Assembly: GCA_012729815.1 (NCBI GenBank)
Contig: JAAYCJ010000174.1
Coordinates: forward strand, 1,668 to 65,667
DNA: 64,000 bases
Direction of reading: 5' to 3'
Source of the DNA: Phycisphaerae bacterium
GTDB taxonomy: Bacteria > Planctomycetota > Phycisphaerae > JAAYCJ01
How positions within the stretch are numbered: the stretch's first letter is position 1; each line of letters begins with the position of its first letter. Below, in pieces: positions 46,376 through 56,020 of this stretch. Below the pieces are notes generated by a model, which was not told the origin of the DNA, did no database searches, and saw only the letters and a list, made by a program, of their open reading frames with translations. Made by a program: the position numbers and the translations under genes.

Positions 46376-47143
46376 ATGGAAACAGGAACATCAGCGGTGT
46401 CCAAAAACGCATTGCTCATAGCCGCAGCAGGCCTTGTCCTGTGCGGATGCCAGTCCCAACTCACGTGCCCTCGAACCATCTACCTCGATGGGGCGGGTTG
46501 GTACAGCGGCCACTTTTCGGTTCGAAAAGGGCTTCGGGAGGCCGGATACACCGGCGACATCGAGCGGTTCGGCTGGTCCAGCATGCTCGGGCCGCTCCCG
46601 GACCACCTGCTGGCTGGTCCGGACCATCCGCGGGTCGACAATCTGGCTGACCGGATTACCCGGTTGCGGCGGGCCTGTCCCAAGGGGCAGATCGTCCTGG
46701 TCGGCCTCTCAGCCGGGACCGGCATCGTCATTCACGCCCTTGAACGTCTGCCCGTCGGCATCTCCGTCGACTACGTGGTGCTCCTGAGCCCTTCGATTTC
46801 AAGCCGCCACGACCTGACCCGGGCCCTGCAGCACATTCGCTACCGTCTCTACGCCACCAGCAGCCCGTATGACATGATCCTGGCCGCCGCGCCCAGCGCG
46901 GGCCTCGAGGGCGGTCGCCCGGCTGGGCAGGTCGGTTTCCAGACGCCCAGGATATTCACCTCCGGCAAGCGGGAGCTGTACGAGAAGGTGGTCAACCTGG
47001 CCTGGCGACCGGAGTACGCGGCGTGGGGCTGGGACGGCGGACACACCTCCGCCACCAACAGCGATTTCATCCGGGTGGTGATCGCCCCTCGGATCATGGA
47101 CGAACAGCCACATCCTTTGGACGCCTCCATTGTGGAGCGATGA
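46376..47143 (+). CDS. lipoprotein, alpha/beta-hydrolase-like (putative esterase/lipase)
   Basis: Signal plus lipobox (LVLCGC). Nucleophile-elbow-like VGLSAGTG. Start chosen at ATG 46376, because the track ORF from 46142 overlaps the tRNA. Confidence 0.6.
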   Translation: METGTSAVSKNALLIAAAGLVLCGCQSQLTCPRTIYLDGAGWYSGHFSVRKGLREAGYTGDIERFGWSSMLGPLPDHLLAGPDHPRVDNLADRITRLRRACPKGQIVLVGLSAGTGIVIHALERLPVGISVDYVVLLSPSISSRHDLTRALQHIRYRLYATSSPYDMILAAAPSAGLEGGRPAGQVGFQTPRIFTSGKRELYEKVVNLAWRPEYAAWGWDGGHTSATNSDFIRVVIAPRIMDEQPHPLDASIVER

Positions 47144-47155
47144 AGCGGGTTGCCG

Positions 47156-48037
47156 ATGAATGGGTTGGTCAGACAGTGGATTGGCGCGGGTCTGCTCGCA
47201 CTGGCGCTCGCCGGATGCTCCGGCAGCGAGTTTGAGGACCGCGGGCTCCATCACAAAGCCTATCAGGTGTATCTCAAGCAGGTCGAGGCCAGTCCCGGCA
47301 GCCGGTCCGCCGTCCGCGGCATGGCGAGGACCGCCCCGCTGGCCGCCGCCTACTGGCAGCGCCAAGCCTATGCAGCCGAGGGCGCCGACAACCTGCTCGA
47401 GTCCGCCCGCTCTCACAAGCGGGTCCTCGAGATCAAACCCAACGAGATCGGCAGCATCGCCGCCCTCCGTAACATCGCCAAAAACCACCCCGACGTCTAC
47501 GCCCAAGTCCTGCCCAGATCGCCCGAAGTCAGCCTCGCCCAAGCGGACGCCGAAGTGAACGAATCTGCCACGCGTCCGTCCGTTCAGGACAGCGCCGAAG
47601 CTGAGCAACCGCAGCCCGAACCGCCTCCGCCGGCCCCGGAAGCCAAACCCGAACCGAAACCCAAGCCCATCGAATACGGTCCCATCAACCGCCCAATCCG
47701 GGCCAATCCGTACGAGTTCAAACCCACCGTCCGCCGCACAGATCGTGACGGCGAGTTCCTGTTCTCGCTGCGGGTGAGTTGCGAGGATAACCGCTATCCG
47801 AAGGAGGCAAGACTCAAGGACGGCCTGAGCGTCGAGTTGAAGGACACCGACCCGGATCCGCTCGACGCCGATATGAACGTCTACCTGCGCGGACGCCGGA
47901 TCGGCAAATTCAAGAACCTCGCCGAAGGCGACGCCATGGTGGTCATGGGTGCAAGCTCGCGGATTTACGAGATCATCGTCCTGCACATTCACGATATGAC
48001 CGAGACGGTCACCGTGGCTCTGCGACAAAGCGAGTAA
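47156..48037 (+). CDS. lipoprotein, unknown function (Pro/Glu-rich linker, C-terminal beta domain)
   Basis: Signal plus lipobox LALAGCSG. The track ORF starts at TTG 47150; the ATG at 47156 is the likely start. Confidence 0.6.
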   Translation: MNGLVRQWIGAGLLALALAGCSGSEFEDRGLHHKAYQVYLKQVEASPGSRSAVRGMARTAPLAAAYWQRQAYAAEGADNLLESARSHKRVLEIKPNEIGSIAALRNIAKNHPDVYAQVLPRSPEVSLAQADAEVNESATRPSVQDSAEAEQPQPEPPPPAPEAKPEPKPKPIEYGPINRPIRANPYEFKPTVRRTDRDGEFLFSLRVSCEDNRYPKEARLKDGLSVELKDTDPDPLDADMNVYLRGRRIGKFKNLAEGDAMVVMGASSRIYEIIVLHIHDMTETVTVALRQSE

Positions 48038-48046
48038 TGCCGCTTG

Positions 48047-48065
48047 CCGGGCGTCTTCGGTTTTT
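48047..48065 (+). terminator. weak intrinsic-terminator-like hairpin + T5 after the lipoprotein gene
   Basis: CCGGG-cgtc-TTCGG (with G-U pairs) followed by TTTTT. Weak. Confidence 0.25.
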
Positions 48066-48085
48066 GCCTCTTCGCCATACGGCTT

Positions 48086-49081
48086 CTACGGCACGATGCT
48101 TCGGGCGTTGCTGAAGGCCGAGGCGCTGGGCAGCAAGCCGGTGTCCGTGCCGCTGGGAAACCAGAACCGCGCCTGACGCGCCCCGGATCCCAAGCCCTCG
48201 TCGGCGTCGCTCGGCCCATCCGGCTGATGCTCGACGTGGCCGTCGAAAAACAGCATGTTCAGCCCGTCCAGATGCCGGAACGCCTCCCGCCGTCCCGAGC
48301 GGAACCGGTACGAGAGGCTCGGACTTTCGGTCTCAACATCCTCTTCGTCCAGCCACGCCCCGTGGGTCGTATAGCTGTAGTCCACGTTGCTCATCCGCTG
48401 CGGGTTGCCCCGATCAATCTTGCAGGCGTCAGCCAGAAACACCTTCCAGGACGGATTGGCCAGATTGTCCAGCCGTGGGAAATGACCATCCGGGACGAAC
48501 GGATGGGACCAGAACAGTGTGCCCGGGCCAAACCCGGTCCGCCGGCTCACCGGAACGTAAGTGAAGTAGCGGCAGGTTGCGTAGCTTGAGACGTAAGTCT
48601 CAATGTTGATCCGGCTGGCGTGATTCAAAAACGCCCGCCACTGGTTGGCCGGGCAACGGAACGCCCACCGCTTCGATTGGTCGTACCGCTCGGGTATGTC
48701 GGCCGGTACGTCCGTCACCATCATCGCCAGAAGCGGCGAGGCCCAGTCAAAAATGTGCACCGCCGGCCAGGCATCCCGCGTCGAGTTCCATGCGTAGTAC
48801 CCGCCGTAGACGGGCCAGCCTACCCCGCCGGGATTGGCCCCATTGCCGCTGGTATTGGGCGATCCGGGCAGGTAGTCGTCGTATTCCCGCGCGTAGGCGG
48901 CCATCGCCTGCCCCAGCGCGTGCAGATTGCCTCCGCAGACCGTCTGGCGGCCCAACGCCCGGGCCGTGCTCAGCGTCGGCAGCAAGATGGCAATCAGCAG
49001 CACAATCACGGCGACCACCACCAGCAGCTCGATCAGGCTGAACGCCCCGCGCGCACCGGTTAACCCCGCGCTACCTCGCAT
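48086..49081 (-). CDS. DUF1559-family protein with prepilin-type N-terminal methylation/cleavage motif (Planctomycete-typical pseudopilin-like protein)
   Basis: GFSLIELLVVVAVI-type N-terminus (here ARGAFSLIELLVVVAVIVLLIAILLP) and C-terminal LFFDGHVE. Start taken at the internal Met (49081) preceding the prepilin motif. Confidence 0.8.
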   Translation of the reverse strand: MRGSAGLTGARGAFSLIELLVVVAVIVLLIAILLPTLSTARALGRQTVCGGNLHALGQAMAAYAREYDDYLPGSPNTSGNGANPGGVGWPVYGGYYAWNSTRDAWPAVHIFDWASPLLAMMVTDVPADIPERYDQSKRWAFRCPANQWRAFLNHASRINIETYVSSYATCRYFTYVPVSRRTGFGPGTLFWSHPFVPDGHFPRLDNLANPSWKVFLADACKIDRGNPQRMSNVDYSYTTHGAWLDEEDVETESPSLSYRFRSGRREAFRHLDGLNMLFFDGHVEHQPDGPSDADEGLGSGARQARFWFPSGTDTGLLPSASAFSNARSIVP

Positions 49082-49309
49082 CGTACCAGCCCTGCCTCTG
49101 TGATAACCGGCTGTCACTATACCATACACCGCCAATGGACGCCAACCTTTTTTGAGGCAATCTGAGCCGTCCCGGGCCCAGCCAGCGGCAAGAACCGCAG
49201 AACCCTCCGCACCCCCCTCCCATCCCACGCCGCCGCCCTTCCCGTTGCGCATCGCCCTGGGCCACTTGCCCGTTGCGACGATTCCGCCGACGACGTATAA
49301 TCCTCACTC

Positions 49310-49918
49310 ATGTCCACACAGAACAACAAACAGTCCAAACAGTCGGGTTCGCTCAGGTTCGTCGTGGCCGTCATGAGTCGCGACCGGGTCGGCATCGTCC
49401 GCGACGTCACAGCGGTCCTAAACCGCCAGAACGCCAATATCGACAGCATCAGCCAGACCGTCCTGAGCAACTACTTCGCGCTCACCTTCGTGGTCAGCTT
49501 TCCTGAGCCGATGGAAGACGAGGCGGTGCGCGAACTGCTCCGGTCGGCCGGCGCGGCCGGCGAGTTTGAGGTCGGCATCAAGACTTTCGAACCGGGAGTC
49601 GAGGACAAACCCGCCCTCACCGACGCCGACAGCTTCGTACTCACCGTCACCGGTCAGGACCGCCCGGGCATCCTCGGCCAGCTCGCCGCCTACCTGGCGG
49701 GCAAGGGCATCAACATCCTGGACCTCTACGTCCGCCGGCCCGACGCCGAGCAGTTCGTGCTGATCTCGCAGCTCGCCGTCCCGCGCCGGATGAACATCGC
49801 CCAGATCCGTCTCGACATCGAGGAACTCGGCCGGCGGATCCACCTCACGGTCGCCCTCCAGCACGAGAACATCTTTCGCGCCACCAACGAACTGACTCCC
49901 CCGTCCACTTTCTTTTAG
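49310..49918 (+). CDS. tandem ACT-domain protein (UPF0237-like)
   Basis: Two ACT-like beta-alpha-beta-beta-alpha-beta units (VVAVMSRDRVGIVRDVTAVL; VLTVTGQDRPGILGQLAAYL). A TATAAT sits 9 nt upstream of the ATG. Confidence 0.7.
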   Translation: MSTQNNKQSKQSGSLRFVVAVMSRDRVGIVRDVTAVLNRQNANIDSISQTVLSNYFALTFVVSFPEPMEDEAVRELLRSAGAAGEFEVGIKTFEPGVEDKPALTDADSFVLTVTGQDRPGILGQLAAYLAGKGINILDLYVRRPDAEQFVLISQLAVPRRMNIAQIRLDIEELGRRIHLTVALQHENIFRATNELTPPSTFF

Positions 49919-49927
49919 GATCCCATC

Positions 49928-51301
49928 ATGCTGCGTACGGATGACATTCTCTCCACCGTCCGAATGCTCCGCGAGGAGCAGCTCGACGTCCGCACCGTCA
50001 CCCTCGGCATCAATCTCCAGGAGTGCGCCTCGTACGACGTCGATCACCTCTGCCAGAAAATCCACAACAAGATCCTGGCCAAGGCCCGCCAGCTCCTGCC
50101 CGTCTGCGAGGAGGTCGGCCAGAAATACGGCATCCCGATCGTCAACAAACGCCTGACCATCAGCCCGATCACATGGTTGATGGAAGGCCATCACGAGCAG
50201 GCCTACGTGCAGGTCGCACGCCAACTCGACACCTCAGCCCGGGCCGTGGGAGTCGATTTCCTGGGCGGCTTCACCGCGCTGGTCCAGAAGGGCATGACTC
50301 CCGGCGAGCGGGCCTATTTCAACGTCCTGCCCGAGGTGCTGGCCAAAACCGACGTGATCTGCGCCTCGGTCAACGCCGCCTCGACCAAAGCCGGGCTCAA
50401 CGTCGATGCGATTCTCCTGGTCTCCGAGGCGATCAAGCGGGCGGCCGAACTGACCGCCGACCGCGGCGGGTTCGGCTGCGCCAAACTGGTCGTCTTCGCC
50501 AACATTCCCGAGGATAACCCCTTCATGGCCGGCGGGTTCCTCGGACCCGGCGAGCCCGAAACGGTAATCAACATCGGCGTCTCCGGTCCCGGCGTCATCA
50601 AACGCCGTCTCCAGCAGATGCTCCAGGACCATCCGGAGGCCAACCTCGGCCAGATCGCCGAGCAGATCAAGGAAACCGCCTTCCGGGTCACCCGCGTCGG
50701 AGAACTGATCGGCCGCGAGGTCGCCGCCAAGCTCGGCGTCGAGTTCGGCATCGTGGACCTCTCGCTGGCCCCGACCCCGCGGGTCGGCGACTCGGTCGGC
50801 GAAATCCTCCAGGTCATGGGCCTCCAGCACATCGGAAGCCCCGGCACCACCGCCGCCATCGCCCTGCTGACCGACGCGGTCAAGAAAGGCGGCCTGTTCG
50901 CCTCCAGTTCCGTCGGCGGCTTGTCCGGCGCGTTCATCCCTGTCGCCGAGGACGCCGCCATGGCCCAGGCCGCGGGCGACGGCTCGCTGACCATCGAGAA
51001 ACTCGAAGCCGTCACCAGCATCTGCTCGGTCGGCCTCGACATGGTCCCCATCCCCGGCGACACCTCAGCCCAGGCCATCGCCAGCCTCATCGCCGACGAA
51101 CTGGCCATCGGTGTGATTAACAACAAGACCACCGCCACCCGCCTGATCCCGGTGCCGGGCAAGAAGGCCGGCGAGGTCGTCCGCTGGGGCGGGCTCTTCG
51201 GCGAAAGCCCCATCCTCGACGTCCGAAATCTCTCGGCCGGACAGACCCTGATCTCCCGCGGCGGCCGAATTCCCGCCCCCGTTCACAGTTTGCGAAATTG
51301 A
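49928..51301 (+). CDS. UPF0210/DUF711-family protein (PFL-like fold), conserved partner of the ACT protein
   Basis: 457 aa, Gly-rich with mixed alpha/beta character. Starts 10 nt after the ACT gene. Confidence 0.65.
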   Translation: MLRTDDILSTVRMLREEQLDVRTVTLGINLQECASYDVDHLCQKIHNKILAKARQLLPVCEEVGQKYGIPIVNKRLTISPITWLMEGHHEQAYVQVARQLDTSARAVGVDFLGGFTALVQKGMTPGERAYFNVLPEVLAKTDVICASVNAASTKAGLNVDAILLVSEAIKRAAELTADRGGFGCAKLVVFANIPEDNPFMAGGFLGPGEPETVINIGVSGPGVIKRRLQQMLQDHPEANLGQIAEQIKETAFRVTRVGELIGREVAAKLGVEFGIVDLSLAPTPRVGDSVGEILQVMGLQHIGSPGTTAAIALLTDAVKKGGLFASSSVGGLSGAFIPVAEDAAMAQAAGDGSLTIEKLEAVTSICSVGLDMVPIPGDTSAQAIASLIADELAIGVINNKTTATRLIPVPGKKAGEVVRWGGLFGESPILDVRNLSAGQTLISRGGRIPAPVHSLRN

Positions 51302-51373
51302 GATTTACCTGCGATCAGCCGGCGCGTAAGATGGGCGGGGGTTTCGGTTTCCCTGGTTCTGGAGGCGTGGTTT

Positions 51374-52168
51374 ATGGTGAAAGTGGCGATCCTGGGCGCG
51401 TGCGGACGCATGGGGCGTCGGCTGGGCACGCTCGCCCATCAGGATGAGCATCTGCAGGTCGTCTGTGCGATCGAACGCGAAGGCCACGAGGATCGGGGCA
51501 AGGACTACGGCCGCGCCCTCGGCCTTGCGGACATGGGAGTCAAGGTCGGCCCGACGTTGACCGGTCACCCGCAGGTCATCATCGACTTCACCACGCCCGA
51601 AAGCACCACGGCTTGGGTCGAACAGGCCCGTGACAACGGCATCGCCCTGGTCATCGGCACCACCGGCCTGGGTGACCGCGAACTTGACCTGATCCGCTCG
51701 GCCGCCCATCAGATCCCCATCGTCCAGGCCCCCAACATGTCGGTCGGCGTCAATCTGCTGTTCCGGCTCGTCGGCCAGGTCGCCAAATCCCTGGGGCCCG
51801 AGTACGACATCGAGATCGTCGAGGCCCACCACCGCTTCAAGAAGGACGCCCCCAGCGGCACCGCGCTGGGCTTGCTGAGTTCCATCTGCGACGGAATCGG
51901 CTGCGACGCCAGAGACGTGGCGGTCTTCGGCCGCGAAGGCAAATCCGCCGAACGCAAAAAGGGCCAGATCGGCGTCCACGCCGTCCGCGTCGGCGACACC
52001 GTCGGCGAACACACCGTCTACTTCGGCACCCTCGGCGAGACCGTCACGATCGGCCACAGCGCCCACAGCCGCGATACCTTCGTGCTCGGCGCCCTGCGGG
52101 CCGCCCGCTGGCTCGAAGGCAAAGCAGCGGGACTCTATTCCATGCAGGACGTGCTCTTCGGAGATTAG
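51374..52168 (+). CDS. dapB: 4-hydroxy-tetrahydrodipicolinate reductase
   Basis: VAILGACGRMGR NAD-binding N-terminus and EIVEAHHRFKKDAPSGTA catalytic motif. Confidence 0.9.
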   Translation: MVKVAILGACGRMGRRLGTLAHQDEHLQVVCAIEREGHEDRGKDYGRALGLADMGVKVGPTLTGHPQVIIDFTTPESTTAWVEQARDNGIALVIGTTGLGDRELDLIRSAAHQIPIVQAPNMSVGVNLLFRLVGQVAKSLGPEYDIEIVEAHHRFKKDAPSGTALGLLSSICDGIGCDARDVAVFGREGKSAERKKGQIGVHAVRVGDTVGEHTVYFGTLGETVTIGHSAHSRDTFVLGALRAARWLEGKAAGLYSMQDVLFGD

Positions 52169-52186
52169 CAAAGGGAGGTTCGCGCC

Positions 52187-52762
52187 ATGTCGTCCATTCG
52201 GTTCAAATGCCCGGCCTGCGAAAAGGCCATCGAGGTTGACGAGAGCGACGCCAATCAGCGGGTGATCTGTTTCTACTGCCGCCAGGTCGTCATCGTGCCC
52301 GAAAAAAGCGACCCGCAACTCGTCGGAACCGGCGCCCCGGGCGGCGCCAACTACCGCCACATCTCCGAAGGCGGGCCGGGCCCCGGGCCCGGCCGGCCCG
52401 GCAGCAAGTTGATCGGCCTCACGGGGTTCGTCTGCATCCTGGCCGCTCTGGCGCTGATGATCGTCCTGGTCGGCTGGCTGTTCATCCAGATGATGCCCGA
52501 GCTTCAGCAGGCGGCCCAACAGGAGCTGCCTCAGGACCAGATCCAGCAGATGATGGCCCAACGGGTCCAGGAACTGATCCGGGACGATCCGATTCCCCTG
52601 ACCCTCATGTCGCTGTCCATGATGGTTCTCGGACTTATCGGACTGGTCTTCGCCATCATGGGTATCGCGCTGAACAACGGCCGGGGCTTCGGCATTGCTG
52701 GAGTCGCCATCGTCACCGCCATCGTCGCGCTGCTGCTGTTGCGTCTGCTGATCGGCATCTAG
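52187..52762 (+). CDS. zinc-ribbon (C-x2-C...C-x2-C) membrane protein, unknown function
   Basis: FKCPACEKAIEV...VICFYCRQVV, then a Gly/Pro-rich linker and three hydrophobic helices. Confidence 0.6.
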   Translation: MSSIRFKCPACEKAIEVDESDANQRVICFYCRQVVIVPEKSDPQLVGTGAPGGANYRHISEGGPGPGPGRPGSKLIGLTGFVCILAALALMIVLVGWLFIQMMPELQQAAQQELPQDQIQQMMAQRVQELIRDDPIPLTLMSLSMMVLGLIGLVFAIMGIALNNGRGFGIAGVAIVTAIVALLLLRLLIGI

Positions 52763-52933
52763 CACTCCCGATCCAGCCGCCGCGTTCATCATGCGACGAT
52801 CTCCCTGCGCCCCAATTGTCTCTGAACCGCGCCGGTTGCTTGTCTACCTAAAGCCACCCTGATTTCCCGCCGAAACATCAATCAGCCGGTTGTTAACGGC
52901 CTATCGGGGGACTTGACAAGGGAGAGAGTCAGC

Positions 52934-53302
52934 ATGATCGCCAATCTGCACCACGTCCACCCGGAACGTCGACGGGAACCGAGGCTCAGGTACTCCTGGG
53001 AGGCCTTTCTGAATCTGCCCGAACACCGCGGCGGAATCATGGGACGCATGGTCGACCTCAACAGCGACGGAGCCGCCCTGCTGGTCGGTCGAGCCTGCAC
53101 CCCCAACCCCGGCCAGCCGGTCGAAATGAAGCTCGCCTATCCCCGCGTCAGCGACGGCGAATTCCAGATCCTCAACGACCAGCGGTGGGCGACCGTCCTG
53201 CGAACCGAACCCTATAACGACGCCCTCAGTCGCGTCGTCCTCCGCTTTCACCAACGCCTGGAAGAAGCCCCAGCCGAGGCCAACGAATACGTTCTGCACT
53301 GA
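52934..53302 (+). CDS. stand-alone PilZ-domain protein (putative c-di-GMP receptor)
   Basis: RxxxR (RREPR) and D-x-S-x-x-G (DLNSDGAAL) PilZ motifs. ATG 52934 preceded by GGAGAG; the track ORF begins at a TTG at 52913. Confidence 0.7.
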   Translation: MIANLHHVHPERRREPRLRYSWEAFLNLPEHRGGIMGRMVDLNSDGAALLVGRACTPNPGQPVEMKLAYPRVSDGEFQILNDQRWATVLRTEPYNDALSRVVLRFHQRLEEAPAEANEYVLH

Positions 53303-53336
53303 CCGCCTCGGGGCCTTCACAGCGGCCGCGCGTCCG

Positions 53337-53645
53337 CTACCGGTATCCGTCCGGTGAACTGTCCCGGCCCTCGTCGTCCTCGTCGTCCTGGTGCTTCCAC
53401 CGGTCGGCATCCTGGGCGTCGTCGATCTCCCGCTCCAGGTATTTGAACATCTTCTCCTGCATGGGGGCAAACTTCTGGTAGTAACCCACCGTCGTTTGGT
53501 AGGCCCGCAGCAGCATGTCCATCTTCAGCAGCGTCCACTTTTGCAGACACTCCGGCTCCCGGATGTTGTCGAACGGATTGCACTTGAACTGCATTCTGCC
53601 GTGCTCATCGATCACGCAGAACTCACAGTCTCGGCACTGGATCAT
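53337..53645 (-). CDS. hypothetical small Cys-containing protein (102 aa) with acidic tail
   Basis: Good codon bias. CRDCEFC...C...C arrangement. No recognisable family. Confidence 0.45.
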   Translation of the reverse strand: MIQCRDCEFCVIDEHGRMQFKCNPFDNIREPECLQKWTLLKMDMLLRAYQTTVGYYQKFAPMQEKMFKYLEREIDDAQDADRWKHQDDEDDEGRDSSPDGYR

Positions 53646-53766
53646 ATTTCTATCCCTCTCTGTTGGAAATCGTTGCGTTTCCCGCTATCATTTCCATTAT
53701 ACAAGCCTGAACCGACAAACCGACCAAAATATGGTCGAGCGGCCGAGGAGGCGAGACGAGCCAAGC

Positions 53767-54549
53767 ATGACCTTTTTTCTGTTAATCACACTGATGCTAT
53801 TTCTCCTGTGCAGCCAGTCGCTGTCGTGGGGTCCGGCTACGCACGTGGAGTTGGCCCAGTCGGTGCTGAGCCGGCTCTCGAGCCTCGGATCGGGCCTCGC
53901 CGATCTGCTCGGCAGATACCGCAGGGACTTCCTGTTCGGCAACGTCTTTGCCGACGTCATCATCGCCAAAAAGCTCAGCCCGCGCCGGCAGGCGGCGCAC
54001 AACTGGGATGCCGGACGGCGCGCCCTGACCAACGCCGACGACGACCGTTCTCGAGCCTTCGCCTACGGATTTCTGACCCACCTGGCCGCCGATACCGTCG
54101 CCCACAACCTCTACATCCCGTCGCTGATCCGGCAGACCGGCTCCAGCGTCACGCTCGGCCATCTCTACTGGGAGCTTCGGGCCGACCGGCTCGTCGCCCC
54201 GGAGCACCGCACCACCGCCCGCCGGCTGCTGCGGCTCCGCAAGCCGGACCACGATCAAGCCATCGCCGATCACGTCTTTCCGGAAGTCAGGTGGCTCGGC
54301 CTCAATCGCGGCATTTTCACGAGTACCAACCGCATCACCAACGGTCCCAATTTCGGCCGGGCCATGGGCGTCTGGGAGGACATCTCGCGCTGGCAACTGC
54401 TGCCCGAAACGATCCAGCGTCACAAATCCGACGCCTGTGACCGGATGATCGACCTCCTGCTCAACGGCCACGCCAGTGCCCTGCTGCAGGAAGATCCCAA
54501 CGGACTGGCCGTGCTGCAGCGGCTCCGCGACCAGCGCCGAAGCGCCTGA
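53767..54549 (+). CDS. secreted Zn-dependent phospholipase C / S1-P1 nuclease-like protein
   Basis: Signal peptide, then WGPATHVELAQ (the N-terminal Trp-x-x-x-x-His zinc site typical of Zn-PLC and S1/P1 nucleases) and HLAADTVAH. Confidence 0.55.
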   Translation: MTFFLLITLMLFLLCSQSLSWGPATHVELAQSVLSRLSSLGSGLADLLGRYRRDFLFGNVFADVIIAKKLSPRRQAAHNWDAGRRALTNADDDRSRAFAYGFLTHLAADTVAHNLYIPSLIRQTGSSVTLGHLYWELRADRLVAPEHRTTARRLLRLRKPDHDQAIADHVFPEVRWLGLNRGIFTSTNRITNGPNFGRAMGVWEDISRWQLLPETIQRHKSDACDRMIDLLLNGHASALLQEDPNGLAVLQRLRDQRRSA

Positions 54550-54580
54550 AAAGCCCCTTGTTCGGCAACGGGCCAGAATA

Positions 54581-55855
54581 ATGCAAGGACCGAAGCGACA
54601 TACTGCCGCCGTCCTGATCGCAATCGTCGCCCTCACGGTCTGCCCCGCCCTTGTCGCGGCGGCCGATCTGAACGACGCCGCCTCGACCTTCCTGGTCCTG
54701 GAGTTCCAGGGGCAAGGCACCGCCGGCCGCAAGCTCGCCGATTCGGTGCAGGTCCGTCTCCGCCGGCAAGCCACGTCGCTCCTGCCGGACGCCTACGTCG
54801 TCAGTTGGATCGAGATCGAAAATCAACTGGGCGGACAGATAGACACCCTTTCCGGCGGCCTGCCGGAAACACTCCCGCAGATCGCCCGTCGTCTTGGGCT
54901 GGCCGAAGGTCAGAACCTCTACGTCCTTCGCGGCACGCTCACCGACAAGGGCCGGGCGGAGGTCGAGCTCTTCAGCCACACCGATGGACAACAGAAACAC
55001 CTGTGGCAAAAGCGGTTCTCGGCATCGTCGGAACGGTGGCTGCCGCTTCTCTCGCAGCAGATCGTCGAAGCGGTCCTGCAGACGACCGGTGTAACCAGAC
55101 CGCCTCCAGCCTCTCGCCCGGCTGTCACCTGGGGCCGGTCAATCCTGCCCAACGGCGACTTCCAGACCGGCGGCGAATTCCCCGCCCACTGGGCCAGACC
55201 CGATGGACTGTGCACCTTCTGGGGAAAATCTCCCGACGGCAACGGCCTGGCCCGGTTCGACACCGACGTCTCACAGGACCAGGCCCTGGAGTGGTGGAAG
55301 GCCATCGAGGCCGGGGCCGATCCCTGCTCAGCCCCCAAACCCATCCGCACCCAGCCTCCACACTACGATGCGGTCGGCGGCAACTACGGGGCCAGCCTCT
55401 ACAGCGACTGGATCGAGATCAAGCCCCCCTGCCGGCTGCGACTCTCAGCCGACGTCCGCGGCCCTCGCAACGGCCAAGCCAAGATCTTCGTCAAAGGCTA
55501 CGCCCTGCTGCCCAAGGGCAAAGAGGGAAGAACCGAACGGCGGGAAATCTGGCAGACCTATCTGCAATGCGACACCGACGGCGGCCCGGCCAAGGTCTAT
55601 GCGGCGGAATTCGAAATCCCGGGCAAACCAGCCCAACTGAGCAAGCTGGACAAAACGGGAGAGCGCCAACTCCACCGTCCGCAGGTCCAGTGGCTGCGGC
55701 TCATGCTGTACGCCTACTGGCCGGTGGGCATCTACGAATTCGACAACGTGCTCCTTCAGCCCGCCAAACCGCTAGAGAAACAGCAGCGTGATCACGTACA
55801 AACCCGCCCCCACGCCCAGCATGGCCCCCATGATGGTCAACCACAGCAGCAGTGA
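54581..55855 (+). CDS. secreted hypothetical protein (425 aa); its 3' end overlaps the convergent gene 55772..56020 by 84 nt
   Basis: Signal peptide (AAVLIAIVALTVCPALVAAA). No recognised domain. The C-terminal ~30 residues may be read-through. Confidence 0.5.
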   Translation: MQGPKRHTAAVLIAIVALTVCPALVAAADLNDAASTFLVLEFQGQGTAGRKLADSVQVRLRRQATSLLPDAYVVSWIEIENQLGGQIDTLSGGLPETLPQIARRLGLAEGQNLYVLRGTLTDKGRAEVELFSHTDGQQKHLWQKRFSASSERWLPLLSQQIVEAVLQTTGVTRPPPASRPAVTWGRSILPNGDFQTGGEFPAHWARPDGLCTFWGKSPDGNGLARFDTDVSQDQALEWWKAIEAGADPCSAPKPIRTQPPHYDAVGGNYGASLYSDWIEIKPPCRLRLSADVRGPRNGQAKIFVKGYALLPKGKEGRTERREIWQTYLQCDTDGGPAKVYAAEFEIPGKPAQLSKLDKTGERQLHRPQVQWLRLMLYAYWPVGIYEFDNVLLQPAKPLEKQQRDHVQTRPHAQHGPHDGQPQQQ

Positions 55856-56020
55856 CGCCACCGGAAGCTGGCGAACGTCTTCGACCTTGGTCGCCTTATA
55901 GACCACCGCGATAATCAGCGTCAGCGGAAGCAACATCCACAATCGGTGGCTGTCGAACCGGATCGGGTCGAGGATCAGTGTCGCCGGAACCAGCATGTGG
56001 ATCAACAAATGCCCGATCAT
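55772..56020 (-). CDS. small membrane protein (82 aa), translationally coupled to the upstream membrane-protein gene (ATGA overlap)
   Basis: Its start codon overlaps the stop of 56017..56424 (ATGA). Three hydrophobic helices. Confidence 0.5.
   Translation of the reverse strand: MIGHLLIHMLVPATLILDPIRFDSHRLWMLLPLTLIIAVVYKATKVEDVRQLPVASLLLWLTIMGAMLGVGAGLYVITLLFL

Noticed and set aside
55772-55855. 84-nt convergent overlap between the secreted protein gene (54581..55855) and the small membrane gene (55772..56020)
   Set aside because: Both ORFs were kept, but an overlap this long suggests either a read-through C-terminus on the plus gene or a sequencing frameshift. It cannot be resolved without related sequences.
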